This document shows positions 52,518 to 63,430 of a DNA stretch of 64,000 nucleotides, one piece after another. Location of the stretch: positions 2,383 through 66,382 of the forward strand of contig CASFKI010000054.1 in the NCBI GenBank assembly GCA_949295285.1, written 5' to 3'. Source of the DNA: an uncultured bacterium (GTDB taxonomy: Bacteria > Bacillota_I > Bacilli_A > RF39 > UBA660). Made by a program: the position numbers and the translations under genes. How positions within the stretch are numbered: the stretch's first letter is position 1; the number at the start of each line of letters is the position of its first letter. A model generated the notes under the pieces. That model worked only from the letters and a program-made list of their open reading frames with translations. It did no database searches and was not told where the DNA came from.

Positions 52518-53945
52518 ATGGAACAAAAAGAAAATATTGAAAAATTTTTAAATGAGATGTATAAAATTTATAATAAATCAAATTTTTCAGAATTTTTAAA
52601 TAAAATTTTTAGATATAATATTGAAATAAATTCATACAAAAAAAATATTAATGACATTGCGAACAAAATATTTAATAATACATTAAATATAAATATGAAT
52701 TTAAAATATCTAGAATTTAATAATTATTATTATATAGAAAATCAAAATAATAATTATGATTTTGAAAATATAATATTAGATATTCCAGTTTTTGATAATA
52801 CTTATGAAATAATAGCTAATAAACTTATCTATTTTTTATATGAAAATAGAATAAATTTTAAAATAAAATTATATAAATATGTAAAAAATACTATTTTTCA
52901 AATTATAGTATTTACTATCAATGATGCAAATAAAATAATTAATTTTTTTGGAAAAGATAATGAATTAAATAATATTATAAAATCTAGAACTCTAAAATTT
53001 TTATATCAAAATAATTTAATTGGAATATATTTTGATATAAAACCATATTCTTTTAAGAATATATTTATACAAACATTATACTTGTATTATTCAAAATTAA
53101 AAGATAATAAAACTATTAATTTGGATTCATTTTTAAATTTTATTTCGAATTTAAATAAAAGTGAAAAAAATCTTAATAAAAAAAGAATGCTTAATTTATT
53201 ATATAAATATTATAATTTGATAAATAATGGTGAAGATATTTTTGAAATATTAAAAGAGAATCATTCAATGGATTTAAGTAGTTATAATGCTAATGATTTT
53301 ATTTTAAAATTAGATGAAAATAATATGATATATTTTATAAATAAATTAGATAATAATATTATTATTAAATATAAAGATGATGATTTTTTAAATGTTGCAT
53401 ATTCTAAATTTTATGAAAGTCATATTAAAAAAGAAAAAAGTGAAATATATTATAACGAATTTTATAATATATTTAATAAAATATTATCTAATAATTTTAA
53501 TTATATAGATAACCTATTAAATTTAATTGATAAAAAAATGGATAGGATTACTAAATTGTTACTAATACTATCGGCAACATACTTTGCACATAAAAAATTT
53601 AATTTTAATTTTAAACAATGTTATGAAATTATAGATTACTTATTAAATATATTAGATAATTATATAAAAAAAGAAAAAAATAATAATTATTCAATTAAAT
53701 ATATTTTAACAGAAGAATATGGAAATAAAGAAATAACATTAAGAAATGGAAAATTAACAAAAATAAAAGATTATATAGAAAAAAATAATATAATTCAAAA
53801 CATACCATCTAATTGTAAAATATATTTGAATGATGGCAGTGAAATCTCTGGAAAGGAATTTATTAATAATTTATACAGATATATAGATAAATATAATAAT
53901 TTTTCAGAATTAGCTGCTAGTTTGATAAATACGATAGAGTATTAA
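52518..53945 (+). CDS. hypothetical cytoplasmic N/Y/K/I-rich protein (no recognisable domain) between the oriC repeat cluster and rpmH
   Basis: 475-479-aa open frame (start 52506 or 52518), no TM segments, extreme low complexity. Confidence 0.5.
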   Translation: MEQKENIEKFLNEMYKIYNKSNFSEFLNKIFRYNIEINSYKKNINDIANKIFNNTLNINMNLKYLEFNNYYYIENQNNNYDFENIILDIPVFDNTYEIIANKLIYFLYENRINFKIKLYKYVKNTIFQIIVFTINDANKIINFFGKDNELNNIIKSRTLKFLYQNNLIGIYFDIKPYSFKNIFIQTLYLYYSKLKDNKTINLDSFLNFISNLNKSEKNLNKKRMLNLLYKYYNLINNGEDIFEILKENHSMDLSSYNANDFILKLDENNMIYFINKLDNNIIIKYKDDDFLNVAYSKFYESHIKKEKSEIYYNEFYNIFNKILSNNFNYIDNLLNLIDKKMDRITKLLLILSATYFAHKKFNFNFKQCYEIIDYLLNILDNYIKKEKNNNYSIKYILTEEYGNKEITLRNGKLTKIKDYIEKNNIIQNIPSNCKIYLNDGSEISGKEFINNLYRYIDKYNNFSELAASLINTIEY

Positions 53946-54038
53946 TAAAAATATGATAGACAAGTAGAAATAAATAAGTTGACTTTTATAGAAAGTTATA
54001 ATATAATCTATTTCAGTCAAAGAGAAACGGAGGATATT

Positions 54039-54161
54039 ATGAAAAGAACATTTCAACCAAATAATCGTAAAAAAAGTAAAACTTCTGGTTTTTTTGCTAG
54101 AAAAGGAACAAATATATTAAAATCTAGAAGAGTTAAAGGAAGAAAAGAACTATCTAAATAA
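54039..54161 (+). CDS. rpmH: 50S ribosomal protein L34
   Basis: [40 protein letters not shown]; RBS GGAGG. Confidence 0.93.
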   Translation: MKRTFQPNNRKKSKTSGFFARKGTNILKSRRVKGRKELSK

Positions 54162-54225
54162 ATTACTTTAAATCAAGTAATTTTTTTTATATAATATAAA
54201 GAGTAAGTTTGAAGGAAGAATAATA

Positions 54226-54546
54226 ATGAATAAAAAGTATATAATTAGAAAAAATGAAGAAATACGAGAAATAATTAAAAATTCTAAAAAAATAGTTAAT
54301 AGATACTTTATTATTTTTTATTGTAAAAATGAATTAAATTATAATAGATATTGTATTAGTGTAAGTAAAAAAATAGGAAAAGCCCATATAAGAAATTTAT
54401 ATAAGAGAAGAATAAAAGATATTTTAATGAAAAATAATATTAATTATTCGAAAGATTATGTTATAATATTAAGGAAACCAATATTAGATATTACTTATAC
54501 AATTATTAGAAGTGAATTAATTAATTGTATAGAAGGAGAAAAATAA
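54226..54546 (+). CDS. rnpA: ribonuclease P protein component
   Basis: 106-aa basic protein directly after rpmH; RBS GAAGGAAG. Confidence 0.85.
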   Translation: MNKKYIIRKNEEIREIIKNSKKIVNRYFIIFYCKNELNYNRYCISVSKKIGKAHIRNLYKRRIKDILMKNNINYSKDYVIILRKPILDITYTIIRSELINCIEGEK

Positions 54547-55463
54547 TGAAAAAAAAGATTGTAATAGTTTTTTTAGCTTTATTAATTTTGAGTGGTTGTA
54601 CTAAGAGAGTAACAATAGAAGATAAAGAAACAAATACAAAAAAAAGTTATGTTTCTAACATAATTTGTAAACCAGAAGATGAAACATTACAAAAAATATA
54701 TTCAGAAAATAAAGATAATTTCAAAATTGATTATGATTCATTACCTGTATGTAAAGAATTAAAAATTAATTCAGGTGGATATGAAGGATTGTGGACATCT
54801 TTATTTGTAAAACCATTAGCATGGATAATTATTAAAGTTGGTATAGTAGTTAAAAATAATGGTTTTGCAATTATGATAGTAGGATTTATATTAAGATTAA
54901 TTTTATTACCAATATCATTAAAATCTACTAATATGAGTGAAAATCTTAAAACTGCTCAAAAAGATTTAGAAAAAATAGAAAAAAAATATAAAGGAAAAGA
55001 AGATAGAGATTCTATGATGGCTAAAAGTCAAGAAATGATGTTGATTTATAGAAAATATAATATTAATCCATTATCAAGTTGTCTATTTGCCTTTTTACAA
55101 TTACCTATATTTTTTGCTTTTTTGGAAGCCGTATATAGAGTTCCTGCGTTTTTTGAAAATGATTTTTTAAAAGTATTTAATTTAGGAACAACACCAATAG
55201 AAGGAATAGTATCTGGAAATTATTGGTATATATTATTACTTGCATTAATTCTATTAACTACATATTATTCATTTAAGAATATGAACAACACTGTGACTGG
55301 TAATGAAATGCAACAAAAACAAATGAAAATGATGAGTACATTTATGTTAATATTTATAGGGCTTGCATCAACAAGTTTGCCAACATCAATTGCACTTTAT
55401 TGGATAGTATCAAGTGGATTTACAGTTGTACAAAATTTAATTGTTAAGAAAGGTAAGTTGTAA
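54546..55463 (+). CDS. yidC: membrane protein insertase YidC (lipoprotein type, Firmicutes YidC/SpoIIIJ)
   Basis: Lipobox LILSGC, 5-TM core, position after rnpA; TAATG stop-start overlap with rnpA. Confidence 0.88.
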   Translation: MKKKIVIVFLALLILSGCTKRVTIEDKETNTKKSYVSNIICKPEDETLQKIYSENKDNFKIDYDSLPVCKELKINSGGYEGLWTSLFVKPLAWIIIKVGIVVKNNGFAIMIVGFILRLILLPISLKSTNMSENLKTAQKDLEKIEKKYKGKEDRDSMMAKSQEMMLIYRKYNINPLSSCLFAFLQLPIFFAFLEAVYRVPAFFENDFLKVFNLGTTPIEGIVSGNYWYILLLALILLTTYYSFKNMNNTVTGNEMQQKQMKMMSTFMLIFIGLASTSLPTSIALYWIVSSGFTVVQNLIVKKGKL

Positions 55464-55466
55464 TAT

Positions 55467-56087
55467 ATGGAGAAGTACAAATTTCAATCAAAAAATAAAC
55501 AAGGATTATTAGAAAAAGCTTTAGGTGAATTAAATTGTGAAAAATCTGAAGTAATTACAAAACTTTATGAAGAAAAAGGTGGTCTGTTTGGTGGTAAAAA
55601 ATATATACTAGAATTAGTAAAATTATCAGATGTTGCTGAACTTGGTAAAACAATATTGAAAGAATTATTAAACTTATTAAATATCGATGCTAATATAGAA
55701 ACTAAAATTAAAGAAGGAAAAATAAAATATGAAATTTTTTCTAAAAATAATTCGTTATTGATTGGTAAAAAAGGACATATATTAGATTCAATTCAAGTAT
55801 ATGTAAGACAAGCAATATTTATGGCTATTGATATATATGTAAATATAAATATTGATGTAGAAAATTATAAAGAGAAGCAAAATTATTTTTTAGAGAAAAA
55901 AGTTAAAAAGATAGCAAGAGAAGTTACATTATCTAAAGTATCAGTAAAATTAGATCCAATGAATTCTTATGAAAGAAAGATAGTTCATGAGGCATTACAA
56001 GGATTTAAATATATTAAAACAGAATCTGAAGGTGAGGAACCAAATAGGTCAGTGATTGTAAAATATTACGAAAAAGAAGATGAATAA
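55467..56087 (+). CDS. khpB: RNA-binding protein Jag/KhpB (KH and R3H domains)
   Basis: Position after yidC; R3H-type C-terminal ...YERKIVHEALQGFKYIKTESEGEEPNR. Confidence 0.8.
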   Translation: MEKYKFQSKNKQGLLEKALGELNCEKSEVITKLYEEKGGLFGGKKYILELVKLSDVAELGKTILKELLNLLNIDANIETKIKEGKIKYEIFSKNNSLLIGKKGHILDSIQVYVRQAIFMAIDIYVNINIDVENYKEKQNYFLEKKVKKIAREVTLSKVSVKLDPMNSYERKIVHEALQGFKYIKTESEGEEPNRSVIVKYYEKEDE

Positions 56088-56202
56088 ATAAATAAATATT
56101 AAACCTATAAGGAATAGACTTATAGGTTTTTAAATACAAAATAATTTCATTTACTTTAAATGATGTTTATGTTATAATCTTTTGGAAAGAAAGGGTATAT
56201 CT

Positions 56203-57552
56203 ATGAATGATACAATTTGTGCAATTGCAACTTTAGTTGGAAATAGTTCTATTAATGTAATTAGAGTTAGTGGAGATGATTCAATTAATATTGTTAATAA
56301 AATATTTAGTGGTGATTTAACAAAAAAAGAAACAAATACAATAACATATGGTTTTATTAAGGATAAAAATGAAAAAATAGATGAAGTATTGGTATCTATT
56401 TTTAAAAAGCCTAAATCATTTACAACAGAGGATATAGTAGAAATTAATACTCATGGAGGAACTATGAGTGTTAATAAAATTATGGAATTATTATTAACTA
56501 ATGGTTGTAGACAAGCAGAACCTGGAGAATTTTTGAAAAGAGCTTTTTTAAATGGGAGAATAGATTTAGTAGAAGCAGAGGCAGTATCTGATATGATATT
56601 ATCTAGAACAGAAGCATCAAGAAAAATGGCAATGAAAGGTATAAATAAAGATTTATCAAATAAAATTAAAAATTTGAGAGAAAATATATTAAGTTTAATA
56701 GCTAATATTGAGGTAAATATAGATTACCCAGAATATGAAGATGCTATTGTAGTAACTAAGGAATTAATAAGTGAAAAAGTAAAATATGTAAAAGAAAAAA
56801 TAAATGTATTGTTAGATAATAGTAAAAATGGAATATTTATTAAAAATGGAATAGATATTTCAATAGTGGGTAAACCAAACGTTGGTAAAAGTAGCATTTT
56901 AAATAGTTTATTAGGAGAAGATAAAGCTATTGTTACAAATATTAAGGGTACAACAAGAGATATAGTAGAAGGAAAAATATTATTAAATGGAATTGAAATA
57001 AATTTTTATGACACTGCAGGTATTAGAAAAACTAATGAAATAGTTGAAGAAATAGGTATTAAAAAAAGTATTGATAGGATTAATAAATCTGATCTGATTT
57101 TATTTATATTAGATTCTTCTACTGAATTTGATAATGAAGACAAAGAAGTATTAGATAAAATAAAAGATAAAAAAGTTTTAATTGTATATAATAAATCTGA
57201 TAAAGGGGAATTTAAAAATAAAAAATTGGATAAATTTGAAAGTATAACTATTAATACAAAAGAAAAAAATAAAATAGAATTATTAAAAAACAGATTAATT
57301 GATATATTTAATTTAAATGATATAGAAAAATCAGATTATACTTATATATCAAATGCTAGACAAATTTCTTTATTAAAAAAATGTATAGAAGTTATTGAAG
57401 AAATAAATGAAGAAATAAGTAAAGATATACCAGTTGACTTAATTGAAATTAATGTTCAGTTATTATGGGAAACATTAGGTGAAATAACTGGAGAAGTATA
57501 TAGAGATGAATTATTAGACGAAATATTCAGTAAGTTTTGTCTTGGAAAGTAG
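56203..57552 (+). CDS. mnmE: tRNA modification GTPase MnmE
   Basis: MNDTICAIAT N-terminus, G-domain GKPNVGKSS and DTAG, C-terminal CLGK. Confidence 0.92.
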   Translation: MNDTICAIATLVGNSSINVIRVSGDDSINIVNKIFSGDLTKKETNTITYGFIKDKNEKIDEVLVSIFKKPKSFTTEDIVEINTHGGTMSVNKIMELLLTNGCRQAEPGEFLKRAFLNGRIDLVEAEAVSDMILSRTEASRKMAMKGINKDLSNKIKNLRENILSLIANIEVNIDYPEYEDAIVVTKELISEKVKYVKEKINVLLDNSKNGIFIKNGIDISIVGKPNVGKSSILNSLLGEDKAIVTNIKGTTRDIVEGKILLNGIEINFYDTAGIRKTNEIVEEIGIKKSIDRINKSDLILFILDSSTEFDNEDKEVLDKIKDKKVLIVYNKSDKGEFKNKKLDKFESITINTKEKNKIELLKNRLIDIFNLNDIEKSDYTYISNARQISLLKKCIEVIEEINEEISKDIPVDLIEINVQLLWETLGEITGEVYRDELLDEIFSKFCLGK

Positions 57553-59424
57553 ATGATTGAATTGAAGTATTATGATGTAATAGTAGTAGGAGCTGGACAT
57601 GCGGGATGTGAGGCCAGTTTAATTTGCGCAAGATATGGCAAAAATACATTTGTTATTACTGGAAATATAAAAAATGTAGGTGATATGCCATGTAATCCAT
57701 CGATAGGTGGTTCAGCTAAGGGAATAGTAGTTAGAGAAATTGATGCTCTCGGTGGAGAAATGGGTTCAAATGCAGATAAAACTCAAATACAAATTAAAAT
57801 GTTAAATGTTAAAAAGGGACCTGGCGTTAGATCTTTAAGAGCACAATGTTATAAAGATATATATTCTAAAGAAATGTTAAATACTTTAAAAAATACAAAA
57901 AATTTAGATTTAAAAGAGGGATTCGTTAAAGAAATAATTGTTGAAAATGGTATTGTAAAAGGAATTATTACTGAAAATGGTGAGAAGATATATTCATCTG
58001 TTGTTATATTAACAACAGGAACTTATCTTAATTCTGATATTTTATGTGGACATGAAAGTTATAAAGGTGGTCCTCATGGTGAAAAAAACTCTATGTTTTT
58101 AAGTAGTTCTTTAAAAAAATATGGAATTAATATAATAAGGCTAAAAACAGGAACTCCTCCTAGAATATTAAAAAATTCTATAGATTTTAATGAAGTACAA
58201 GTAGAAAATGGTGACGATGAACCATTAACTTTTTCTAACTTCTATGATGCAAGTTATGATCTTAGTAATCAAAAACCATGTTATTTAACTTATACAAATA
58301 AAGAAACGCATAAAATAATTTTAGATAATTTAGATAAATGCGCTTTATATAGTGGATTAATTAAAGGTGTTGGACCAAGATATTGTCCTTCTATTGAAGA
58401 TAAAGTAGTAAAGTTTAGTGATAAAGATAGACATCAAATATTTTTAGAACCTGAAAGAAGTGATGATGTTGAATTTTATGTTGGTGGATTTTCGACTACA
58501 ATGCCTCATGATATTCAGGAAAAATTACTACATACAATAAAAGGTTTAAAAAATTGTAAAATTACTAAATATGGATACGCAATCGAGTATGATGCAATTG
58601 ATCCAATTCAATTAAAAATGAATTTAGAAAGTAAAATAATTTGTAATTTATTTACTGCAGGCCAGATAAATGGAACAAGTGGATATGAAGAAGCAGCTGC
58701 TCAAGGTTTAATAGCAGGTATAAATGCTGTTTTAAAAATTGATGAAAAAGAACCATTTATTTTAAAAAGAAATGAAGCATATATTGGTGTATTAATAGAT
58801 GATTTAATTAATAAAGGAATAACAGAACCTTATAGATTATTAACATCAAGAGCTGAATTTAGATTATTATTAAGACATGATAATGCGATGGTAAGATTAA
58901 CCAAGAGAGCAATTGATTTAAATTTAATTAGTAATGAAAAAAAAGAAATTTATTACAAAAAGTTGGATAAAATAAAAAATTTAGAAGATTTTTTAAATAA
59001 AAATTATCTAGAATATAATAAAGAAAACAATGAATTCTTAACAGCAAATAATTCTTCAAATATTAGTGGAAGAATAAAATTAATAGAAATAATTAAAAGG
59101 CCAGAAATATCATTAAAAAATCTTTTAAAATATTTAAATTGCGATTATGAAAGAGAAATTTGTGATATAGTTGAAACTAATATTAAATATGAAGGATATA
59201 TTAAAAAAACGCAAATTGAAGTTAATAAAATGTTAAAATTAGAAGAAAAACAAATTCCAAATGATATTGATTATGATAAAGTAAGAAATATAGCTACTGA
59301 AGCAAAACAAAAATTTACAAAAATAAGACCAAGAACAATAGGACAAGCTTCTAGAATAAGTGGTGTTAACCCATCAGATATTACTATGTTACTTGTATAT
59401 TTAAAAAAGGAATATAATAAATGA
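57553..59424 (+). CDS. mnmG: tRNA uridine 5-carboxymethylaminomethyl modification enzyme MnmG (GidA)
   Basis: YDVIVVGAGHAGCEA FAD-binding N-terminus; 623 aa. Confidence 0.95.
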   Translation: MIELKYYDVIVVGAGHAGCEASLICARYGKNTFVITGNIKNVGDMPCNPSIGGSAKGIVVREIDALGGEMGSNADKTQIQIKMLNVKKGPGVRSLRAQCYKDIYSKEMLNTLKNTKNLDLKEGFVKEIIVENGIVKGIITENGEKIYSSVVILTTGTYLNSDILCGHESYKGGPHGEKNSMFLSSSLKKYGINIIRLKTGTPPRILKNSIDFNEVQVENGDDEPLTFSNFYDASYDLSNQKPCYLTYTNKETHKIILDNLDKCALYSGLIKGVGPRYCPSIEDKVVKFSDKDRHQIFLEPERSDDVEFYVGGFSTTMPHDIQEKLLHTIKGLKNCKITKYGYAIEYDAIDPIQLKMNLESKIICNLFTAGQINGTSGYEEAAAQGLIAGINAVLKIDEKEPFILKRNEAYIGVLIDDLINKGITEPYRLLTSRAEFRLLLRHDNAMVRLTKRAIDLNLISNEKKEIYYKKLDKIKNLEDFLNKNYLEYNKENNEFLTANNSSNISGRIKLIEIIKRPEISLKNLLKYLNCDYEREICDIVETNIKYEGYIKKTQIEVNKMLKLEEKQIPNDIDYDKVRNIATEAKQKFTKIRPRTIGQASRISGVNPSDITMLLVYLKKEYNK

Positions 59425-60125
59425 AAATAGACGAGTTTATAAATGAATGTAAAAAATTAGATATTAATATAGAAGAAATATATATTAAAAAGTTAGAAAT
59501 ATATAAAAAATTGTTACAAGAATGGAATTATAAAATCAATTTAACAACAATTATTCAAGATGATGATATATATTTAAAACATTTTTATGATTCATTATGT
59601 ATATCAAAAGCAGTCAAATTAGAAAACCAAGAATTATGCGATTTTGGTACTGGAGCAGGTTTTCCTGGATTAGTATTAGCAATAATTTTTAATAATTTAA
59701 AAGTTACTCTTATTGAATCAAATAATAAAAAAATAACATTTTTATATGAAGTAGTAAAATTATTAAATTTAAGTAATGTTAATATAATAAACTCAAGAGT
59801 AGAGGAATTTGGCAAAAAAAATAGAGAATTATTTGATATAGTAACATGTAGAGCTGTTTCAAATTTAAATATAATATTAGAATTATCAAGTTCTTTAGTT
59901 AAAGTCGGTGGTTTATTTATACCATTAAAATCTAATATAAAAGAAGAATTATATGATAGTTTAAGTAATATTTCTAAATTATCTTATAAATTAGTTGACA
60001 CAATAAAATATAAATTACCAAAAGAAATGTCTGATAGAACTTTAATTATATTTAAAAAAATAAAAAAAACTGATAATAAATACCCACGAAACTACAATGT
60101 TATAGTTAATAATTATAAAAAATAA
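59421..60125 (+). CDS. rsmG: 16S rRNA (guanine527-N7)-methyltransferase RsmG (GidB)
   Basis: DFGTGAGFPGLVLAI SAM motif; overlaps the mnmG stop. Confidence 0.9.
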   Translation: MKIDEFINECKKLDINIEEIYIKKLEIYKKLLQEWNYKINLTTIIQDDDIYLKHFYDSLCISKAVKLENQELCDFGTGAGFPGLVLAIIFNNLKVTLIESNNKKITFLYEVVKLLNLSNVNIINSRVEEFGKKNRELFDIVTCRAVSNLNIILELSSSLVKVGGLFIPLKSNIKEELYDSLSNISKLSYKLVDTIKYKLPKEMSDRTLIIFKKIKKTDNKYPRNYNVIVNNYKK

Positions 60126-60236
60126 TTTATAATGAATAGTGTAAATATAAAAAATTTTGTATAATATAAATTTAAATCTTGATAAATTATTTTAAATGAA
60201 TTAAACTTATTATAGGATGAGAGAAAAGGGATTAAT

Positions 60237-61373
60237 ATGGAAGAAAAAAAGGATAAAATTTTTAATATACCACTGGATGATATAATACCTAATAGATTTC
60301 AACCAAGATTAGCATTTGACGATAAAGAATTAGAAAATTTATCTAATTCTATTAGTAAATATGGTGTAATTCAACCTATAGTTCTTAGAAATATAGGAGA
60401 TAAGTATGAAATAATTGCTGGAGAAAGAAGATATAAAGCTTCTTGTCTAGCAGGTTTAAAAACAATCCCAGCTATTATTAATAATACTGATGACAATACT
60501 AGTGCTGAAATAGCTCTTTTAGAAAATCTACAAAGAAAGAATTTGACACCAATTGAAGAAGCACAATCATATAAAAAATTAATTGATAGAAATTTTACAC
60601 AAGAAGAAATAGCTTCTAAATTAGGTATTAGTCAGTCTTCAGTAGCTAATAAATTAAGATTATTAAATTTATCAAAAAAAGTTCAAAACGCTTTATTATA
60701 TAGTAAAATATCTGAAAGACATGCAAGAAGTTTATTAACTATAAATGATGAAAATTTACAAAACGATATATTAGATAGAATCATTAACGAAAGATTAACA
60801 GTAAAGCAAACAGAAGAGGTTATTGATAATATATTAACAAAAAAAACAAAAGGGATAGATGTTCCAAAAGAAATTGAAAAATTTGTAAATGGTGAAAGTA
60901 TCGATATTAAAAAAGAATCAAGTGATGATATAGAGAATCAATTTAGAATTAAAAAACTAGATGAAATTTTAGAAAAAAAATTAAATGAAGAAACTGCGAA
61001 AAATTTATATGATTATAAAATACCAGAAGTTGTAAATATAGATGATAAATTAGATAGTGGATTTAAAATAAATGAATATCAAGGGAAAAAAGAAGATATA
61101 AATCCATTTCAAATGAATAATAATATGAGTAATATATATAATAGACTTTATCAAAATTTTGAACAAAAAGAAATGATTACACAAGAGCATATACACAATA
61201 CTAATGTTAATGATGATAGTACAACAACAGTTAAACAAGAAATAAATATTCCAAATATAATTAGTACAATTAGAAAATATATTGATGAATTAGAGGTAAA
61301 TAACAAAAATATTAAAACTAATGAAAAAGATTTACCTGATAAATATCAAATAATTATAGAAATAGAAAAATAA
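60237..61373 (+). CDS. ParB/Spo0J/Noc family protein with ~150-aa low-complexity C-terminal extension
   Basis: ParB N-domain IAGERRYKASCLAGL, HTH EEIASKLGISQSSVANKLRLL; no ParA/Soj gene adjacent. Confidence 0.8.
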   Translation: MEEKKDKIFNIPLDDIIPNRFQPRLAFDDKELENLSNSISKYGVIQPIVLRNIGDKYEIIAGERRYKASCLAGLKTIPAIINNTDDNTSAEIALLENLQRKNLTPIEEAQSYKKLIDRNFTQEEIASKLGISQSSVANKLRLLNLSKKVQNALLYSKISERHARSLLTINDENLQNDILDRIINERLTVKQTEEVIDNILTKKTKGIDVPKEIEKFVNGESIDIKKESSDDIENQFRIKKLDEILEKKLNEETAKNLYDYKIPEVVNIDDKLDSGFKINEYQGKKEDINPFQMNNNMSNIYNRLYQNFEQKEMITQEHIHNTNVNDDSTTTVKQEINIPNIISTIRKYIDELEVNNKNIKTNEKDLPDKYQIIIEIEK

Positions 61374-61387
61374 TATTAAATTTAATA

Positions 61388-63322
61388 TTATTTTTTTGAT
61401 ATAGTTTCAAAAAACTCAATTGTTTCAAATCCAGGCTCACTACCATTTTCAAAATAACAAGGTATACCATTACTTTTAACTTTGCCGCTTAGAGGATCAA
61501 TAGGGTTCATTGTTATTCCTTTAGGTAACTCATACCAAGATTTTGTATTATTTTTTAAAGAAGTTATAGTTTTTGCCCAAATTTGTTTAGTAATTATAGA
61601 ATCGTTTGGATTGACTTCACTATTATCATCATTACCAGCCCATACCATCATTAAGTAATCATTATTATATCCTATAGTCCAATAGTCAGTTGAAGTACTT
61701 CCACTTTTAACAGCATATTTGCTATCTAATTTATTTGAGATACTAAGCAAAGTAGGAGAAGTATAACTTACTAAATCATAATTGTAAGTTTGAGATAACA
61801 TATTATTTAATATATAAACATATTTTTTATTTAAAATATATTCATTATTGTATTTATATTCATATAAAATATTACCTTTTTTATCAGTTATTTTTTCAAT
61901 TAAATGTGGATATTCATGTTTTCCTTCATTTGCAAGAGTAATATATGCATTACTGAAATCTATAATATTAATTTCAGATGTTCCAAGTGCTGATGATGCT
62001 ACTTCTTTAATTTTAGTATTTACTTTAAGTCTTTTCATTGTATTACTAAGAGTATCTAGTCCTAAAAATAAGTGAGTTTTCATTGCATAAATATTGTCTG
62101 AATATGCAATAGCAGCCAACATAGTTATATTAGAGTTAGCATATTTATTATTAGCATTTTTAGGAGAATATGTTTCATTTCCTAAATTAAATGTAGTTCT
62201 TTCACTTAAAAAAGTGCTTGCTGATGTAAATCCATTTTCTAAAGCCGCATAATATAATATAGGTTTAATGGTAGATCCAACTTGCCTTATTGATGATGTA
62301 GCTCTATTAAATTGAGATTTTGAATAATCTTTACCACCAATTAGAGAAACAATTTTTCCTGTTTTTGGCTCAATAATAATAGATGCTACCTGAAGAGATG
62401 TATTTTTCATTTCATTATCTATATTATTTTCTAATTTTTTTTGTGCATCTTTATCAAAATTAGTATATATTTTAATTTCTTCATTATCAACTAATAAATT
62501 AGGTATAGTTTTAATATTTGCCATCTCTGATAAAACAGCATCTTTATAATAAAATACACTGGATAATTCACTTTTAGTACTTTTAGCATAAAATACGAGT
62601 TCTTTATTATATATATTTTCAATATCCTTTTCTTTTATATATCCATTTCTATACATTGAATATAACACATCTTTTTGTCTATTTTTTGCATTTTTATAAT
62701 TAGATATAGGATTATAATAACTTGGATTTTTCGGTATTCCAACTAATAAGGTAGCTTCTTCAATAGATAATTCATTTGGTTCTTTGTTAAAATAATAATT
62801 ACTTGCTTGTTTTATTCCATAATTACCAGCTCCAAAATCAATCGTATTTAAATAACCTTCTAGTATTTCATCTTTATTATAATGTGTTTCTAACTCTATA
62901 GTTAAAAAAGCTTCTTCAATTTTTCTTTGCCATGTTTTGTCAAAAGTTAAATATAAATTTTTAATATATTGTTGTGAAATAGTTGATGCTCCTTGTCTTA
63001 ATTCTCCACTTTTAATATTTACTAACATTGCTTTAATTATTCTTAAAAAATCAAATCCATTGTGATTGTAAAATTTTTTATCTTCCGTTGCTATAATTGC
63101 ATTTTTTACATATGGACTTATGTTGTTTAGTTTTGTATAATCACTAGTTTCATTATTATCAAAAATATTTTCACCATATTTGTCGTATATAATAATACTG
63201 TCTGAATTATTTATATATAATTTAGGCGTGATAAAAGCATATACATATAATCCTAGATAAACTATAATACTAAAGAACATAAATAATGTTGTTAATTTTA
63301 ATATAAATATAATTTTTTTCAT
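61388..63322 (-). CDS. class A penicillin-binding protein (bifunctional GT51 transglycosylase/transpeptidase)
   Basis: N-terminal TM, GT51 motifs IIATEDKKFYNHNGFD and RQGASTISQQ, transpeptidase SxxK as GSTIKP. Confidence 0.88.
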   Translation of the reverse strand: MKKIIFILKLTTLFMFFSIIVYLGLYVYAFITPKLYINNSDSIIIYDKYGENIFDNNETSDYTKLNNISPYVKNAIIATEDKKFYNHNGFDFLRIIKAMLVNIKSGELRQGASTISQQYIKNLYLTFDKTWQRKIEEAFLTIELETHYNKDEILEGYLNTIDFGAGNYGIKQASNYYFNKEPNELSIEEATLLVGIPKNPSYYNPISNYKNAKNRQKDVLYSMYRNGYIKEKDIENIYNKELVFYAKSTKSELSSVFYYKDAVLSEMANIKTIPNLLVDNEEIKIYTNFDKDAQKKLENNIDNEMKNTSLQVASIIIEPKTGKIVSLIGGKDYSKSQFNRATSSIRQVGSTIKPILYYAALENGFTSASTFLSERTTFNLGNETYSPKNANNKYANSNITMLAAIAYSDNIYAMKTHLFLGLDTLSNTMKRLKVNTKIKEVASSALGTSEINIIDFSNAYITLANEGKHEYPHLIEKITDKKGNILYEYKYNNEYILNKKYVYILNNMLSQTYNYDLVSYTSPTLLSISNKLDSKYAVKSGSTSTDYWTIGYNNDYLMMVWAGNDDNSEVNPNDSIITKQIWAKTITSLKNNTKSWYELPKGITMNPIDPLSGKVKSNGIPCYFENGSEPGFETIEFFETISKK

Positions 63323-63430
63323 AAAATATCACTATATTTATTATGTAAAATAAAAGTATAAAAAATACTTGATTTATTATAAAAAATAAGTATAATTTTA
63401 ATGGAAAGAAATAGTCTAAGGAGGATAAAG

